Assembly: GCA_041752735.1 (NCBI GenBank)
Contig: JBGSVW010000006.1
Location: 30,399-94,398 of the forward strand
Origin: Anaerovoracaceae bacterium
Lineage (GTDB): Bacteria; Bacillota; Clostridia; Peptostreptococcales; Anaerovoracaceae
DNA: 64,000 nt
Reading direction: 5' to 3'
Shown: in pieces, positions 10,976 through 18,510 of the stretch
Layout: the number at the start of each line of letters is the position of its first letter
Position numbering within the stretch: position 1 is the first letter of the stretch
Made by a program: the position numbers and the translations under genes
Notes under the pieces: generated by a model
Told to the model about the DNA's origin: nothing
The model's input: only the letters and a program-made list of their open reading frames with translations
The model's database searches: none

Positions 10976-12112
10976 ATGAAACTTGAAGATATTAGACCAC
11001 AAATCGACCAGGTAGATGACCAGCTGGCAGCCTTGATCCGGAGACGGTTTGAGTTGGTGGAACAAGTGGCCGCCATCAAAAAAGAACAGAATCTACCTGT
11101 GGCAGATAGTAGCCGGGAACGGGATATCATCAACCGACTTTCCAGCGGCGACAACGAGGAAATGCGGGGTTACCTGAAGATATTCTTCCATACACTCTTT
11201 GATATGTCCAGATCTCATCAACTACGTGCCATTCACACCGACTCCAAAACCGCAGAAGTCATGGCGACGGCTCTCAAGGAGACGCCCCAGATGTTCCCAA
11301 AGGATGCGGTAATTGCCTGTCAAGGCGCAGAAGGGGCCAATTCAACCCAGGCTTCCGAGAAGTTCTTTAGCCATCCATCCATTATGTATTTTAATACCTT
11401 TGAAGGTGTTTTTTCGGCTGTGGAAAAAGGGATGTGCCAATATGGTATTCTGCCCCTTGAAAATAATCTCCACGGTTCAGTGACGGAAATTTATGACCTG
11501 ATGCATCAGTACCGGTTCTACATAGCCAAGAGCCTGAAGCTCAAAATCAATCATGTGCTTTTAGCCAAACCGGGAACCAAGCTTTCTGACATCAAAAAAA
11601 TATATTCCCACGAGCAAGCCCTGGCTCAATGCGGAAACTTCCTAAAAAACCTCAAGGCAACCGTAGAGCCCTGTGAAAACACGGCCATGGCAGCAAAACA
11701 CGTGGCTGCTTCCGACGAAAAAGGAGTGGCTGCCATTTCCTCCGCATACTGTGCGGATCTGTATAACCTAGAAGTGGTCAAAGAAGACATTCAAAACAGC
11801 GATAACAACTACACCAAGTTCATCTGTATTTCCAAGAAGCCGGAAATCTATCCGGGTTCCAACAAAATCAGCATTATGGTAATCTTATCCCATAGGCCAG
11901 GTGCGCTGTATCATTTCATGTCCAAGTTTGCGGCCTATGATGTCAACCTGACAAAAATAGAAAGTCGCCCCATTCCGGATAGCGACTTTGATTTCAGTTT
12001 CTTCTTTGATTTTGAAATTTCGATTTATGATGAGGCACTAGCCTCGTTGTTTGCACAGCTGGAAGACTCCACCAAGCAATTTGCTTTCTTAGGTTGCTAC
12101 ACGGAACAATAA
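10976..12112 (+). CDS. pheA: bifunctional chorismate mutase / prephenate dehydratase
   Basis: The N-terminal CM_2 helix (IDQVDDQLAALIRRRFELVEQVAAIKK) is followed by a PDT domain and a C-terminal ACT domain (ESRP motif in TKIESRPI). The ATG lies 1 nt after the leuB stop. Confidence 0.88.
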   Translation: MKLEDIRPQIDQVDDQLAALIRRRFELVEQVAAIKKEQNLPVADSSRERDIINRLSSGDNEEMRGYLKIFFHTLFDMSRSHQLRAIHTDSKTAEVMATALKETPQMFPKDAVIACQGAEGANSTQASEKFFSHPSIMYFNTFEGVFSAVEKGMCQYGILPLENNLHGSVTEIYDLMHQYRFYIAKSLKLKINHVLLAKPGTKLSDIKKIYSHEQALAQCGNFLKNLKATVEPCENTAMAAKHVAASDEKGVAAISSAYCADLYNLEVVKEDIQNSDNNYTKFICISKKPEIYPGSNKISIMVILSHRPGALYHFMSKFAAYDVNLTKIESRPIPDSDFDFSFFFDFEISIYDEALASLFAQLEDSTKQFAFLGCYTEQ

Positions 12113-12463
12113 CCAAAGGAGCAATAGCCCCCCAACCCAGAGGATGACCACAGTAATGGCACAACCCCATTTCTGTGGTTTTTTGTCGGCCCACAAGCCT
12201 TCCGCCTCAATCCGGCATCGGTTCATCAGGTCAGTCGGAATTATTTTAATCAGTAAGGCTACCAAAATCGGCAACAAAATCAGGTCATCCAGCAACCCCA
12301 GCACTGGTATAAAATCCGGGATGATATCAATGGGCGACAGGGCATAGGCGACAATTAGGATCGCCAGAATCTTGGCTGCCCTGGGCGTCTCTTTTTTATG
12401 CATGGCAATATAGATTGCTGGGAGCTCTTTTTTCAGTTGCTTGGCCCGAGACTTCCAGTCCAT
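12089..12463 (-). CDS. DUF1232 (YkvA-like) membrane protein
   Basis: YALSPIDIIPDFIPVLGLLDDL is the DUF1232 signature. The 3' end overlaps the pheA 3' end by 24 nt (convergent). Confidence 0.75.
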   Translation of the reverse strand: MDWKSRAKQLKKELPAIYIAMHKKETPRAAKILAILIVAYALSPIDIIPDFIPVLGLLDDLILLPILVALLIKIIPTDLMNRCRIEAEGLWADKKPQKWGCAITVVILWVGGLLLLWLLFRVAT

Positions 12464-12503
12464 TCCTCTATCCTTTCAAATCATCAAATCCATTATGCTT
12501 GGA

Positions 12504-13205
12504 TTACTCCGATTTACCGATGAAATCGAGAATTGCCTCAACCGTCTGCTTCTGTTGTTCAGCTTTAGAGATTGTGGCGGTTCCATCTCCTTTTTGTTTG
12601 CCGTAGTCTCCATAGTTGGCGTGGTTGCCACCGTCAATGATAAGCACGTTTGTGTCATAGTCTACTTTGGTTTGGTCAAGCACCAGGTCCTGACTGCCAT
12701 AAATGGTCAGCGCCTTGTCCGGGCTCCATCCGCCATAGACATACGCTCCAAGAAGAATGACATTTTCAATTTGATCAGAGTGGTCCACCGCAAAGCTACT
12801 GGCCATGACCCCGCCCAGGGAATGTCCCCCAATGAGCCAATGGGTGATTTCCGGTCTGGCGTCGAAAACTGCTTCGCCTCCATTTTTGTTGAACACTGCC
12901 AGGTTGAAAGGCATCTTCACCAGCACGCAGGTTATCCCTTGTTCCCGCAACTGATCCAATAAGGGCAGATAAGCTTCCGCTTCTACTTTGCCACCCGGAT
13001 AAAAAATCAGTCCCGTATCTCCCGGCACCACCGGATCCAAAATCATCAGATCCCCTTGTGTGGTGACTTGGGTCTTGTCTTCCGCCAACGCCATGGCAGT
13101 TTGATCGGCGTGGGAATAGTCGGAGGCATAGACAAAGAAACCGCCAATGAGTATTATCAGGATTGTCATAATCGATAGAAGTACATTCTTTGTCCGCTTC
13201 TTCAT
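12504..13205 (-). CDS. membrane-anchored alpha/beta hydrolase
   Basis: It has an N-terminal signal anchor, the nucleophile elbow GGHSLGG and a downstream DGGNH. Confidence 0.75.
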   Translation of the reverse strand: MKKRTKNVLLSIMTILIILIGGFFVYASDYSHADQTAMALAEDKTQVTTQGDLMILDPVVPGDTGLIFYPGGKVEAEAYLPLLDQLREQGITCVLVKMPFNLAVFNKNGGEAVFDARPEITHWLIGGHSLGGVMASSFAVDHSDQIENVILLGAYVYGGWSPDKALTIYGSQDLVLDQTKVDYDTNVLIIDGGNHANYGDYGKQKGDGTATISKAEQQKQTVEAILDFIGKSE

Positions 13206-13292
13206 AATTTATTCTCCCTCTAAAAAATTTTTTTATATTTTTATTATACCACAGGTAAATCATGGTCACGCATCCATTCTTTCATGGCCAAA

Positions 13293-13312
13293 AACGTTGA
13301 TATTACAACGTT
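13293..13312 (-). terminator. short hairpin with T-run on the minus strand (weak terminator candidate)
   Basis: AACGTTG-atatta-CAACGTT is followed by extra T residues when read on the minus strand. No obvious gene ends here. Confidence 0.35.
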
Positions 13313-13355
13313 CCTATTTGTTTAAAAAATTTTTTCAATTTTCTGATAATATCTA

Positions 13356-13384
13356 TTGACAAATCAATTTACCGGGAGTATTAT
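13356..13384 (+). promoter_or_regulatory. near-consensus sigma-A promoter of an orphan RNA
   Basis: TTGACA (13356-13361) is followed by an exact 17-nt spacer and TATTAT (13379-13384). An A/T-rich UP-like tract precedes it. Confidence 0.65.
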
Positions 13385-13389
13385 TACCT

Positions 13390-13745
13390 TACTCACCGAA
13401 GAAGAGTTCCCCAAAAGGAATGTCAAGTAGGCGGGCCGCTCCGAAAAATCGTAGCCATAAAACGAATGAACGCCGTGAAAAGCGAAGTTCGAAACAAGGT
13501 TGAAATCCTGTTCACTAAGAGCTAATCGAGAGATTACATTCGAAGGAATAAGGAACAGTCGATGAAGTCGGGATTCAGCGTTTTGTGCCGATATGGTACA
13601 TGAATCTGAGAGATATGATAGTCTTAGTACAGCATATCGAAACCGAATAGGAGTAGTAAAAGAAAGGAGGATATACTCCATTGTGGTATACCCTCAACTA
13701 AAGGGTAGATGAATTCAATAGAATTATCTACCCTTTGTCTTTGCG
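13390..13745 (+). ncRNA. unclassified structured RNA of about 350 nt (orphan leader-like transcript)
   Basis: It is bounded by the promoter above and a 16-bp terminator hairpin. The sense strand is purine/A-rich with several hairpins (for example CGATATG...CATATCG at 13589-13638). No credible ORF is present and no plus-strand gene lies downstream. Confidence 0.55.
13700..13745 (+). terminator. intrinsic terminator of the orphan RNA, with competing antiterminator
   Basis: AAAGGGTAGAT(G)AATTC-aata-GAATTATCTACCCTTT (13700-13736) is followed by a T-rich tail. TACCCT (13689-13694) can instead pair with AGGGTA (13702-13707). Confidence 0.65.
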
Positions 13746-13781
13746 TTTATTTTCTAATTTAGTTCATTCTTTTTTGAAAAG

Positions 13782-14315
13782 CTATAAAAAGTTGGCCCAA
13801 GGGCGATTTTCTTTGTCCACCGATGCCCAGTATGCTAGCCGCACCGATAAAAGATTGGCAGCTTCTGATAGCGTCTTTTCCTGGTCACCTTGAGAATTTA
13901 GAATCACCGCAGCTTGCACGGCATATGCTACATAAGCAGGCGAATGGGTGGCAACATGAACCACGCCGATGATCTGCCCCATGGCATGGGCCGCCGCAAC
14001 TGCAGCATCTAATTTTATATCATCTATTTCCGGATTTCTCTTCGCCAATTTTGCATCTCTTGCTGCCTCATGGGTTTCCCGGGCGGCTTTTTTTGCCTGG
14101 GGCATTTTTATTTCACCGCGAGACCAAGCATCGGCGGCTTCAAAGGCTTGAGCGGGTCGAGGATCTTCCGGAAATGCGGCCATGTAAATCTCCAGAATCT
14201 CTTTCCCGGTGTCCAGTGCCCATAAGACCAATGTCCGGTGGTCCTGCCGGCCGATACTCTCATACAAAGACAGCAGATTGGGATGATCATAAATCGCCTT
14301 TAGGTTTGTCTTCAT
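13782..14315 (-). CDS. all-alpha hypothetical protein resembling the putative-immunity (Imm5-like) family
   Basis: The sequence MKTNLKAIYDHPNLL...LVLWALDTGKEILEIYMAAFPEDPRPAQAFEAADAWSRGE...AAAHAMGQIIGVVHVATHSPAYVAYAVQA resembles that family from memory only. The ATG overlaps the hisD stop (ATGA at 14315..14312). Confidence 0.55.
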   Translation of the reverse strand: MKTNLKAIYDHPNLLSLYESIGRQDHRTLVLWALDTGKEILEIYMAAFPEDPRPAQAFEAADAWSRGEIKMPQAKKAARETHEAARDAKLAKRNPEIDDIKLDAAVAAAHAMGQIIGVVHVATHSPAYVAYAVQAAVILNSQGDQEKTLSEAANLLSVRLAYWASVDKENRPWANFL

Positions 14316-15592
14316 TTTTCGTCCAGCAGCTGTCTGGCTTCCGCAGCACGGGCATGGGCTTCCAGCCCTTCTCCTCTTGCAAGAGTGGATACGATGGGCA
14401 ATATGGTTTTCACTCCTTTGGCATCCAGCTTCTGATGGGTGCATACCTTTAGGAAGGTCCCAACCCACAGTCCACCTGTATACCGAGCGGCACCCAAAGT
14501 TGGGAGTGTATGATTGGTTCCTGTGGCATAGTCTCCAAAGACTTCTGCGGTCCTTTGCCCAATAAATAGGGAACCGTAATTCCGAAGTTGCGCAGTTAAA
14601 GACGATTCTAGTTTTTCTTCAACCATAATTTCCAAATGCTCCGGCGCATAACTGTTGGCATATTCAATTGCCTCGGTCAAATCCGCTGCCAGCAGGATTT
14701 CCCCATAATCTTTCCAGGATTGAGCTGCAATGGCTCGTGTAGACAAGTCCTCCAGTTGATTCTCAACCTGTGCCAGCACCGCCTCGCCCAAAGCAAAATC
14801 TGTAGTTACCAGAATTCCCTTAGCGACTTTGTCATGCTCCGACTGGGCCAGCAAATCTGCTGCGATAATTCTTGGATTGGCTGTGCCGTCTGCGATGACC
14901 AGCACTTCGCTGGGTCCGGCGAGAAAGTCAATGCCAATCTGGCCGAAACACTGCCTTTTTGCCTCCGTAACATAACTATTGCCCGGCCCCACAATCAGGT
15001 CCACTGGTTTGATGGACGCGGTGCCGTATGTGGCTGCGGCAACGGCTTGTGCGCCGCCGACCACATAAATTTCATCCATTCCCGCCATATTCATGGCCAC
15101 AAGGGTTTTTGGGTGAATGTTGGGCGTTCCTTTCATAGCCGGAGAGCATCCGATGACACGTGGCACCCCGGCAACCTTTGCCGGAATTCCCAACATCAAG
15201 GCGGTGGAATAGAGGGGGTAGCTTCCTCCTGGCACGTAACAGCAACACCCGTCAACGGGAATAACTCGGTGTCCTAAGGTAATACCCGGCATGGGCGTAA
15301 CCCCTTCCAATGATGTGAACAATGTCTTTTGCGCTTGGGCAAATGCTCGGATATTGGCTGCGGCCTGCTCCATTTTTTTAATGTCTGAGGCTTCCACTTG
15401 TTGATATGCATCTGCGATTTCCTGATCACTGACCCGAAGGGATTCCCTATGGCACTGATCAAAATCCGAATTATATGTGCGCAGTGCCTGGTCTCCCCGA
15501 GCGCTGACTTCTTCGATGATGTTTGCAACCCGTCCGGCCAACTCAGCCGAGTCTGCCAAGGAACGGGGCATTGCTTGTTTCATGGTTTTCAT
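14312..15592 (-). CDS. hisD: histidinol dehydrogenase
   Basis: It is a full-length 426-aa match to the HisD pattern (PGGSYPLYSTALM, QSEHD, GDYATGTNHTLPT). Confidence 0.92.
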   Translation of the reverse strand: MKTMKQAMPRSLADSAELAGRVANIIEEVSARGDQALRTYNSDFDQCHRESLRVSDQEIADAYQQVEASDIKKMEQAAANIRAFAQAQKTLFTSLEGVTPMPGITLGHRVIPVDGCCCYVPGGSYPLYSTALMLGIPAKVAGVPRVIGCSPAMKGTPNIHPKTLVAMNMAGMDEIYVVGGAQAVAAATYGTASIKPVDLIVGPGNSYVTEAKRQCFGQIGIDFLAGPSEVLVIADGTANPRIIAADLLAQSEHDKVAKGILVTTDFALGEAVLAQVENQLEDLSTRAIAAQSWKDYGEILLAADLTEAIEYANSYAPEHLEIMVEEKLESSLTAQLRNYGSLFIGQRTAEVFGDYATGTNHTLPTLGAARYTGGLWVGTFLKVCTHQKLDAKGVKTILPIVSTLARGEGLEAHARAAEARQLLDEK

Positions 15593-15635
15593 GCTTGCTA
15601 CCTACTCTTTTCTTTAATGGTGGATGTTATGCTTT

Positions 15636-15665
15636 ATTGTAATTGGCAAGGCCTTCCTTTGTCAA
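15636..15665 (-). promoter_or_regulatory. sigma-A promoter of hisD
   Basis: On the minus strand, TTGACA (15665..15660) is followed by an 18-nt spacer and TACAAT (15641..15636). Confidence 0.55.
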
Positions 15666-15728
15666 TGAAAACAGGCCGTCGCAGGCAGCATCAGACAGGA
15701 TTGACTGCAAAATCCATCTGCGTTTTCC

Positions 15729-15757
15729 TTGACTTCACGTTTTCCCAAAGATATACT
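15729..15757 (+). promoter_or_regulatory. sigma-A promoter directly abutting the mntP start codon
   Basis: TTGACT (15729-15734) is followed by a 17-nt spacer and TATACT (15752-15757). The ATG is at 15764. Confidence 0.45.
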
Positions 15758-15763
15758 CTTTTC

Positions 15764-16330
15764 ATGAGTTTATTAGAATTACTGCTGGTAGCAGTCGGTC
15801 TCTCCATGGATGCCTTCGCCGTGGCCATATGCAAGGGCCTTTCCATACAACAAGAACATCAGAAGCGATCTGCCTCACAATCCATTTATACCGGTTTGTG
15901 GTTTGGCATATTCCAAGGTGCAATGCCTCTCATTGGTTACTTTGTCGGGGCCAAATTCAGCACATTGGTCAGCGGCTTCGACCACTGGATTGTTTTTCTG
16001 CTCTTGCTCCTCATTGGAGGCAAGATGATTAAGGAGTCCCGGGAAGCGGATTCATGTCCCAACCCATCATTCAAGCCTATGACCATGCTGCCTTTGGCCG
16101 TGGCAACTAGTATTGACGCGTTGGCTGTGGGGGTCTCGTTCGCTTTCCTAAAGGTTAACATTGTTGAAGCTTCCTCCATCATTGCGGCAACCACCTTTCT
16201 CTTGTCGGCAATCGGCGTCCAGGTGGGCTGTTTTTTCGGCACCCGATTCAAATCCAGGGCAGAATTGGCGGGTGGTTTGGTCTTGATTGCCATCGGCACC
16301 AAAATTCTTATAGAGCATCTTCTGGGTTAG
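15764..16330 (+). CDS. mntP: manganese efflux pump MntP
   Basis: Matches are MSLLELLLVAVGLSMDAFAVAI and the second repeat LAVATSIDALAVGVSF. The 15398 start in the track is an antisense-derived extension. Confidence 0.85.
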   Translation: MSLLELLLVAVGLSMDAFAVAICKGLSIQQEHQKRSASQSIYTGLWFGIFQGAMPLIGYFVGAKFSTLVSGFDHWIVFLLLLLIGGKMIKESREADSCPNPSFKPMTMLPLAVATSIDALAVGVSFAFLKVNIVEASSIIAATTFLLSAIGVQVGCFFGTRFKSRAELAGGLVLIAIGTKILIEHLLG

Positions 16331-16346
16331 TATGAATAATCTACCC

Positions 16347-16375
16347 TTTACAGAATCGGTTTAACGTGGTAAACT
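16347..16375 (+). promoter_or_regulatory. promoter of the aro operon leader
   Basis: TTTACA (16347-16352) is followed by a 17-nt spacer ending in TGG and then TAAACT (16370-16375). This fits an extended -10 of the TGn type. Confidence 0.5.
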
Positions 16376-16407
16376 CTAACAAAGACAAAACGAAAGGAAC
16401 TAGTCCA

Positions 16408-16488
16408 TTGAAACATTCAGCAGTGGTAGCAAAATACTTTTATTACTACTTTACCTACGGTAAGGTGTATTTTGCTGCTGAGAGATAA
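16408..16488 (+). CDS. Tyr/Phe-rich leader peptide of the aro operon attenuator
   Basis: A TTG start lies 9 nt after AAAGGA. The peptide is MKHSAVVAKYFYYYFTYGKVYFAAER, with 6 Tyr and 3 Phe within 13 residues. It is too short for the ORF track. Confidence 0.65.
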   Translation: MKHSAVVAKYFYYYFTYGKVYFAAER

Positions 16489-16518
16489 CTTTCCTTTTGG
16501 AAATCACTCGAAACCTTT

Positions 16519-16553
16519 CTCCACAGGCAAAATATACCTGTGGAGTTTTTTTT
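16519..16553 (+). terminator. attenuator terminator upstream of aroF
   Basis: CTCCACAGG-caaaatata-CCTGTGGAG is followed by T8, and it ends 65 nt upstream of the aroF ATG. Confidence 0.8.
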
Positions 16554-16617
16554 ACCCCAAAGGTAATCTGGCCGGGGGTAAATCAGGAATCATCGTAGAA
16601 AAGCGGAGGAACACCCA

Positions 16618-17634
16618 ATGATTATCGTATTAAAAGAAAATCCGGAACAAAAACAGTTGGACAACCTGGTGGCATGGCTCAAAAGTATGGACATGGAGAT
16701 CCATTACAGTCAATACGGCACCACCACGATTATGGGGATTATCGGGGAGACAGCCATGGTGGACACAGAGCTGATTGAAGCTTTGGATATTGTGGAAAGC
16801 GTCAAACGGATTACTGAACCCTACAAAAACGCCAACCGGAAATTTCACCCCAAAGACACCATCATTGATATTGGTCCGGTTAAGCTGGGGGGCGGCCATT
16901 TTGCTGTCATCGCCGGTCCTTGCTCCATCGAATCCATGAATCAGGTTTGCTCCATTGCGGAAGAAGTCAAAGCAGCTGGTGCCCTATTATACAGAGGTGG
17001 TGCATTCAAACCGCGGACCTCTCCCTATGCCTTCCAGGGCATGCGTGAAACCGGTATTGAATTCTTATTGGAAGCCAAGCGACGTTCCGGGCTACCGGTG
17101 GTCACGGAAGTTATGGACGTGTCCCACCTGCCCCTCTTTGAGGACGTGGATGTGATTCAGGTAGGCGCAAGAAATATGCAAAACTTCGAGCTACTCAAGG
17201 AGCTGGGCAAGTTGGATAAACCGATTCTCTTGAAACGTGGGCTTTCCAGCACCATCAGCGAATTTCTCATGAGCGCCGAGTACATCATGGCCGGCGGAAA
17301 CCATAAGGTCATCCTATGCGAACGAGGCATCCGAACCTTTGAAACCGCCATGCGCAATACCTTGGACTTGTCCTGTATTCCCTTGATTAAAAGTCTTTCC
17401 CATCTGCCCATCATTGTGGACCCCAGCCATGCCACAGGCATTGCTTCCCTGGTGAAGCCCATGTCCATGGCCGCTGTAGCGGCAGGCGCGGATGGTCTGA
17501 TGATCGAGGTGCACAACGACCCGGTTCACGCACTCTGCGACGGAGCTCAGTCATTGACTCCGGCCGCTTTTCAGGATGTGATGAACGCTGTGATGCAGAT
17601 TTTGCCACTGGCATATAAAGGAGAAACAAAATGA
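16618..17634 (+). CDS. aroF: 3-deoxy-7-phosphoheptulonate (DAHP) synthase, type I-beta with N-terminal ferredoxin-like regulatory domain
   Basis: At 338 aa it has the Thermotoga-type architecture. After a roughly 70-aa N-terminal extension it carries GPCSIES, KPRTSPY and DPSHATG motifs. Confidence 0.88.
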   Translation: MIIVLKENPEQKQLDNLVAWLKSMDMEIHYSQYGTTTIMGIIGETAMVDTELIEALDIVESVKRITEPYKNANRKFHPKDTIIDIGPVKLGGGHFAVIAGPCSIESMNQVCSIAEEVKAAGALLYRGGAFKPRTSPYAFQGMRETGIEFLLEAKRRSGLPVVTEVMDVSHLPLFEDVDVIQVGARNMQNFELLKELGKLDKPILLKRGLSSTISEFLMSAEYIMAGGNHKVILCERGIRTFETAMRNTLDLSCIPLIKSLSHLPIIVDPSHATGIASLVKPMSMAAVAAGADGLMIEVHNDPVHALCDGAQSLTPAAFQDVMNAVMQILPLAYKGETK

Positions 17635-18470
17635 TAGGAGTCATCGGACTGGGGCTGGTCGGCGGATCCATGGCCAAAGCTCTGAATCAAAATACGGATC
17701 ATACGGTTTACGGATATGACATCAATGAAACCATCAGCCAAAAGGCCAAACTGGTCAACGCCATTGAAGATGTGCTGACTGATGAAATGCTACCCGAGTG
17801 CGACGTAGTGGTAGTTGCCTTGTATCCGGAAGCAACCATTGAATATGTCAAGTCCCATGCGGGTCTCTTCAAGAAAGGATCCATTGTATTAGACTGCTGC
17901 GGCGTCAAGGAAGTAGTATGTTCAGCATTGGAACCCATCGCCCGGGAAAATGGATTTGTCTTTATGGGCGGTCATCCCATGGCAGGCATCGAACACTCCG
18001 GATTTGAGTATTCCAAGAAAGCTTTGTTTGACAAGGCTTCAATGATTCTTGTGCCTGCAAAGGATACCCGGATTGAGGACATCGAATTGATTCGAAACCT
18101 TTGCAAAGCAATTGGCTTCACCATGATTCAGATGTCCACTCCAAAGGAACACGACCGGATGATCGCCTTCACATCCCAACTTCCCCATGTAATCTCCGGT
18201 GCTTACATCCGCAGCGATGCCGCAAAAGGTCATCAGGGGTATTCCGCCGGTAGTTATTGGGATATGTCCCGTGTTGCAAAGCTCAACGAAGATATGTGGA
18301 CCGAATTGTTTATGGACAATCCCGAATTTCTGGTCAATGAGCTTTCGGCTATGGCCAAACGCCTAACCGAGTACAGTGATGCCATTGCCCGTGGAGATCA
18401 AGAGACATTGCGGCAGCTTCTTCGAGATGGTAGAATAAAGAAAGAGACCATTGATAAAGAATTTTTCTAA
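17631..18470 (+). CDS. tyrA: prephenate dehydrogenase
   Basis: It has an IGVIGLGLVGGSMA Rossmann fold and GGHPMAG. It has an ATGA overlap with aroF. Confidence 0.88.
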   Translation: MIGVIGLGLVGGSMAKALNQNTDHTVYGYDINETISQKAKLVNAIEDVLTDEMLPECDVVVVALYPEATIEYVKSHAGLFKKGSIVLDCCGVKEVVCSALEPIARENGFVFMGGHPMAGIEHSGFEYSKKALFDKASMILVPAKDTRIEDIELIRNLCKAIGFTMIQMSTPKEHDRMIAFTSQLPHVISGAYIRSDAAKGHQGYSAGSYWDMSRVAKLNEDMWTELFMDNPEFLVNELSAMAKRLTEYSDAIARGDQETLRQLLRDGRIKKETIDKEFF

Positions 18471-18510
18471 ACACGTAATGACATTTCACGGTATTGCAAA
18501 GGAGAAAACA

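Noticed and set aside
12089-12112. There is a 24-nt convergent overlap between pheA and the DUF1232 gene.
   Set aside because: Both ORFs look intact, and convergent 3' overlaps of this size are common. It is not evidence of a special mechanism.
13364-13681. A 105-aa minus-strand ORF lies inside the orphan RNA region.
   Set aside because: It has no SD and a low-complexity S/L/F-rich composition. It is antisense to a transcript with a consensus promoter, so it is likely spurious.
13390-13745. I considered calling the orphan RNA a T-box, a glycine riboswitch or an M-box. I also considered ydaO, tmRNA, RNase P, SRP and 6S.
   Set aside because: TTGTGGTATACCCTC only loosely resembles the T-box GGGTGGTACCGCG, and no Stem I AGAGA/GGTG distal motifs are present. 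CACCGAAGAAGAG and CCCCAAAAGGAATG echo fragments of glycine or M-box consensus, but the other conserved blocks are missing. No GAGGAAAGTCC (RNase P), no tmRNA tRNA-like ends and no SRP GGAA/AGCA motif are present.
15398-15763. The ORF track gives a long N-terminal extension of mntP and of other ORFs (9176 for leuD, 10946 for pheA, 6286 for leuA, 14468 for the Imm-like gene, 6147 for merR).
   Set aside because: The extensions overlap upstream genes or promoters and lack an SD. Internal Met codons with good SDs give full-length family matches.
16411-16470. An alternative frame of the aro leader gives a Leu run (KILLLLLYLR).
   Set aside because: That frame starts at ATT with poorer SD spacing. 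The operon makes aromatic amino acids, so the Tyr/Phe frame with the TTG start fits the biology and the 1:2/2:3/3:4 geometry.
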